This document shows positions 61,659 to 64,000 of a stretch of 64,000 bases of DNA, one piece after another. Under the pieces are notes generated by a model. That model did no database searches. It saw only the letters and a list, made by a program, of their open reading frames with translations, and was not told the origin of the DNA. The number at the start of each line of letters is the position of its first letter. Positions within the stretch are counted from its first letter, which is position 1. Made by a program: the position numbers and the translations under genes. The DNA comes from Heteronotia binoei (lineage: Eukaryota): positions 12,772,001 through 12,836,000 of the forward strand of contig NC_083236.1 of NCBI RefSeq assembly GCF_032191835.1, in the 5' to 3' direction.

Positions 61659-63323
61659 CTAAAAATAAAAAAAACAGCCCACAGTATTAAATAATATTAA
61701 GTATGAACCTCTAGAAAACAGTTTACGCTCACACCTATTCAACAGAATATTTACGAAGAAGTGGACAGTGAAATCCTCTAAGTTTAAAAGGCAGTGGAGT
61801 GGATCCAATCATACTCCAAGTGGCCTTCCTCCAAATTTCTAGATGAAGCTGGCTACATTCAACTGACATGACAGTTCTAGTCATTTCTTTCTCCATAAAC
61901 TTTTGTCACATAAATACGAAATAGAACTTCTCTAGCAAAACAGAGTATTTGCACAGTTATTACTTACCTTTGACTCAGAGAAGACTGCCCAAATAAGTTT
62001 GATCACACTAGTATTCCCTTAGAATCTTGCTAATTTACCATCCCAGGTGAGAACCAATTAACCTTAGAAAAGATTAAGATCTTATTTTGACTTTAAAAAC
62101 AAAATCTAGAGATTCACAAATAAAGCCATAATATTTTTCATCTAACTCCTCCACCTCTGAGAATAAATTCCTCAAGTTTTAGTTACATAACCAAATTTAA
62201 CCAATATGATTTGCACACAATAGCAAATCCAGTGCTGATCATTACAGAAATGAGCGTGGGAATTAAAAGGCACACACACTTGCTCTCCGGTCACCAGTTA
62301 AGAAATTAATAGGTTCTGTGACAAGCCATAATTTGTAATCATCTTTGAATGACAAAGATGCCTTAACTCCATACTGGGAAAGACCCAGACAGAAGGGAAC
62401 AAGTCACAATTTGTAGTTCTGACAAGCTATGAATTGTCACAAAATCAAAAGTGAATAATACAAGGAAAGGAGGAGGGTGAACTACAATACTGAAGATTCC
62501 ATAGATTCCACTACTGACAACCTATGATTTGTTTACATGCAACTCATTTTAGTCTGACACACCTGCTCATCAGCCCCCTCCCAAAATGTGGTATGTGTAT
62601 GAGACAGAAACATAATTTCTGAAACACTTTTTGATCTGGCAAGGATCACTCCCTAACCTCATATCGCTTTCTTACTTTAATGACATTTTACCTAACACAT
62701 TTTTATCACACTCTGCCTCTAAGGAGAGTGATGTACATATCCCGCCCTCCCCCAGTTTATATTCACAATGGCCCTATAAGGTGCTTAAGGCTAGGAGTTT
62801 GTTTTACTGATTCCAGAACATCCACTGAATTTCATAGCCAAGTGGGCACTTGAATCAGGATTCACTTCAGTGTTAAATCATTTTCATAAAATAGTTCAGA
62901 CCATTAAAAAGAACAGCTGATACCTTCCCTCAAGAGCTAAAAAAACAACCAGCGGGTTTCTGTAGACTCCCATTCCTGATCCATTTCACCATTTAGCTCT
63001 ATTTGGGTCATTTGCAGTTCTCTGTGTTGCAATCTGTTGTGGAAGCGGTTTCTCTACTGCATCTTGCAGAGACCTGCAGTTCGGAGTCTGTTTCCCAGAG
63101 CACGAAATGAGGAGCTGAGGGCTGCCTGGTAAAGTCATTCCGCAATCTCCCTTGCCCCCAAACCAGGGAAGGAGCGTCTCTCCTTGGGGAAGAACCGGGC
63201 AGGGAGCAGCCGCCAACGGCGACAGAGCCCATTCAGCCGAGCAAGCCCCGCCCCGCCTCCTCAGTAAGAGCCGCGAAGGCGGGATGCCTTAACTCCACAC
63301 TCCCTCTCCCCCTCCGTCCTCAC

Positions 63324-63593
63324 CCAGTTGCCGAAGCCGAACTGCTCGATGGCATCCAGCAAGAGCTGCTCCTCCCGGCTGCTCCAGCCGCCCTCGGCCT
63401 CGGCGCCCCACAGCGTGAAACGCCCGCCGTCCACCAGCTGGTAGCCATGCCAACGCCGGTGCGGGCCGATCTCGGCCCCGGCCGAGAAGCACTCCGGGCA
63501 GAGCTCGATGTCGGCACACTCGGTGCAGCGGAAGCGGAGCGAGCTCACCTCGGCCAGGCAGTACACGCAGTACTTTTTCCCCAGCTCCGCCAT
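63324..63593 (-). CDS. TADA2B: TADA2B exon 1 (ZZ zinc finger and start of SANT domain), 90 codons
   Basis: MAELGKKYCVYCLAEVSSLRFRCTECADIELCPECFSAG...DAIEQFGFGNW followed by a GTGAGG donor. Confidence 0.97.
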
Positions 63594-63837
63594 CTTGCCC
63601 TCCCTCCCTCCCTCCCTCCCGACCGGCGCAGAGGCCGCATCACCAGGCGCGACGAGCGCGGAACCCTCGCCCCGTTGGCGGGCGGCGCGGCGAGGGCCAA
63701 TCAGCCGCGAGCCCTGGGACGCCGTTCCCCTTGGCAACCGCCAACCAGCCGTCGAAGCCCTTTCGCCTCGCCTCATTGGCTGCGGGAAGGCGGGGGCGCT
63801 GCCGTGGCAACGCGACCCGGGCCGAAGGGAAGCGGCG
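63594..63837. promoter_or_regulatory. TADA2B/CCDC96 bidirectional CpG-island promoter
   Basis: 244 bp between divergent ATGs; CCAAT at 63697-63701, ATTGG at 63775-63779; RFX X-box-like GTTCCCCTTGGCAAC at 63724-63738 and GCTGCCGTGGCAAC at 63798-63811. Confidence 0.75.
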
Positions 63838-64000
63838 ATGGAGGAGGAAGAGGTGCCGGCGGCCGAGGCCGAGCCCGGGGATGGGGATGCGGAGCCCGGG
63901 GCCGTGGCGCTGCCGGAGAGGGCGCCTGAGGCTGCTTTGGCCGACGCCAGCCCGGAAGAGGCCTCGCCGCCCGAGTGGGGAGCGGAGGAGGCGCCGGCGG
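63838..64000 (+). CDS. CCDC96: Probable 5' part of CCDC96/CFAP184, running off the window
   Basis: GCGATGG start; open Glu/Ala/Pro-rich frame MEEEEVPAAEAEPGDGDAEPG...; divergent from TADA2B as recalled for mammals; X-box-like motifs upstream. No conserved domain is visible in the window. Confidence 0.6.
   Translation, partial: MEEEEVPAAEAEPGDGDAEPGAVALPERAPEAALADASPEEASPPEWGAEEAPA

Overview
Vertebrate genomic DNA, most likely a squamate reptile and probably a gecko (inferred from Sauria-type SINEs, CR1/L2 LINEs and abundant non-autonomous hAT elements). It covers the conserved SORCS2 - GRPEL1 - TADA2B - CCDC96 block. SORCS2 exon 1 is on the minus strand (19947-20120; bases 1-19946 are its intron 1). 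GRPEL1 is complete on plus (4 exons, 223 aa), TADA2B is complete on minus (2 exons, 420 aa), and the start of a probable CCDC96/CFAP184 ORF lies at the right edge, head-to-head with TADA2B. The rest is transposon-rich non-coding DNA with five N-runs. Most notable observations: (1) a 3,391-bp block from SORCS2 intron 1 is copied in inverted orientation into GRPEL1 intron 1, inserted at the head of a SINE with a 15-17-bp target duplication; (2) SORCS2 exon 1 lacks a recognisable propeptide or furin site, and two upstream AUGs have their frame set by a (TTCCC)5 repeat; (3) a 10-copy head-to-tail SINE array abuts the SORCS2 CpG island; (4) a 113-bp GC-rich minisatellite is built on long palindromes with a compensatory change; (5) a foldback plus templated insertion sits at an L2 junction. 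All coordinates were read by eye, and gene names and family names are from recall, not database searches.
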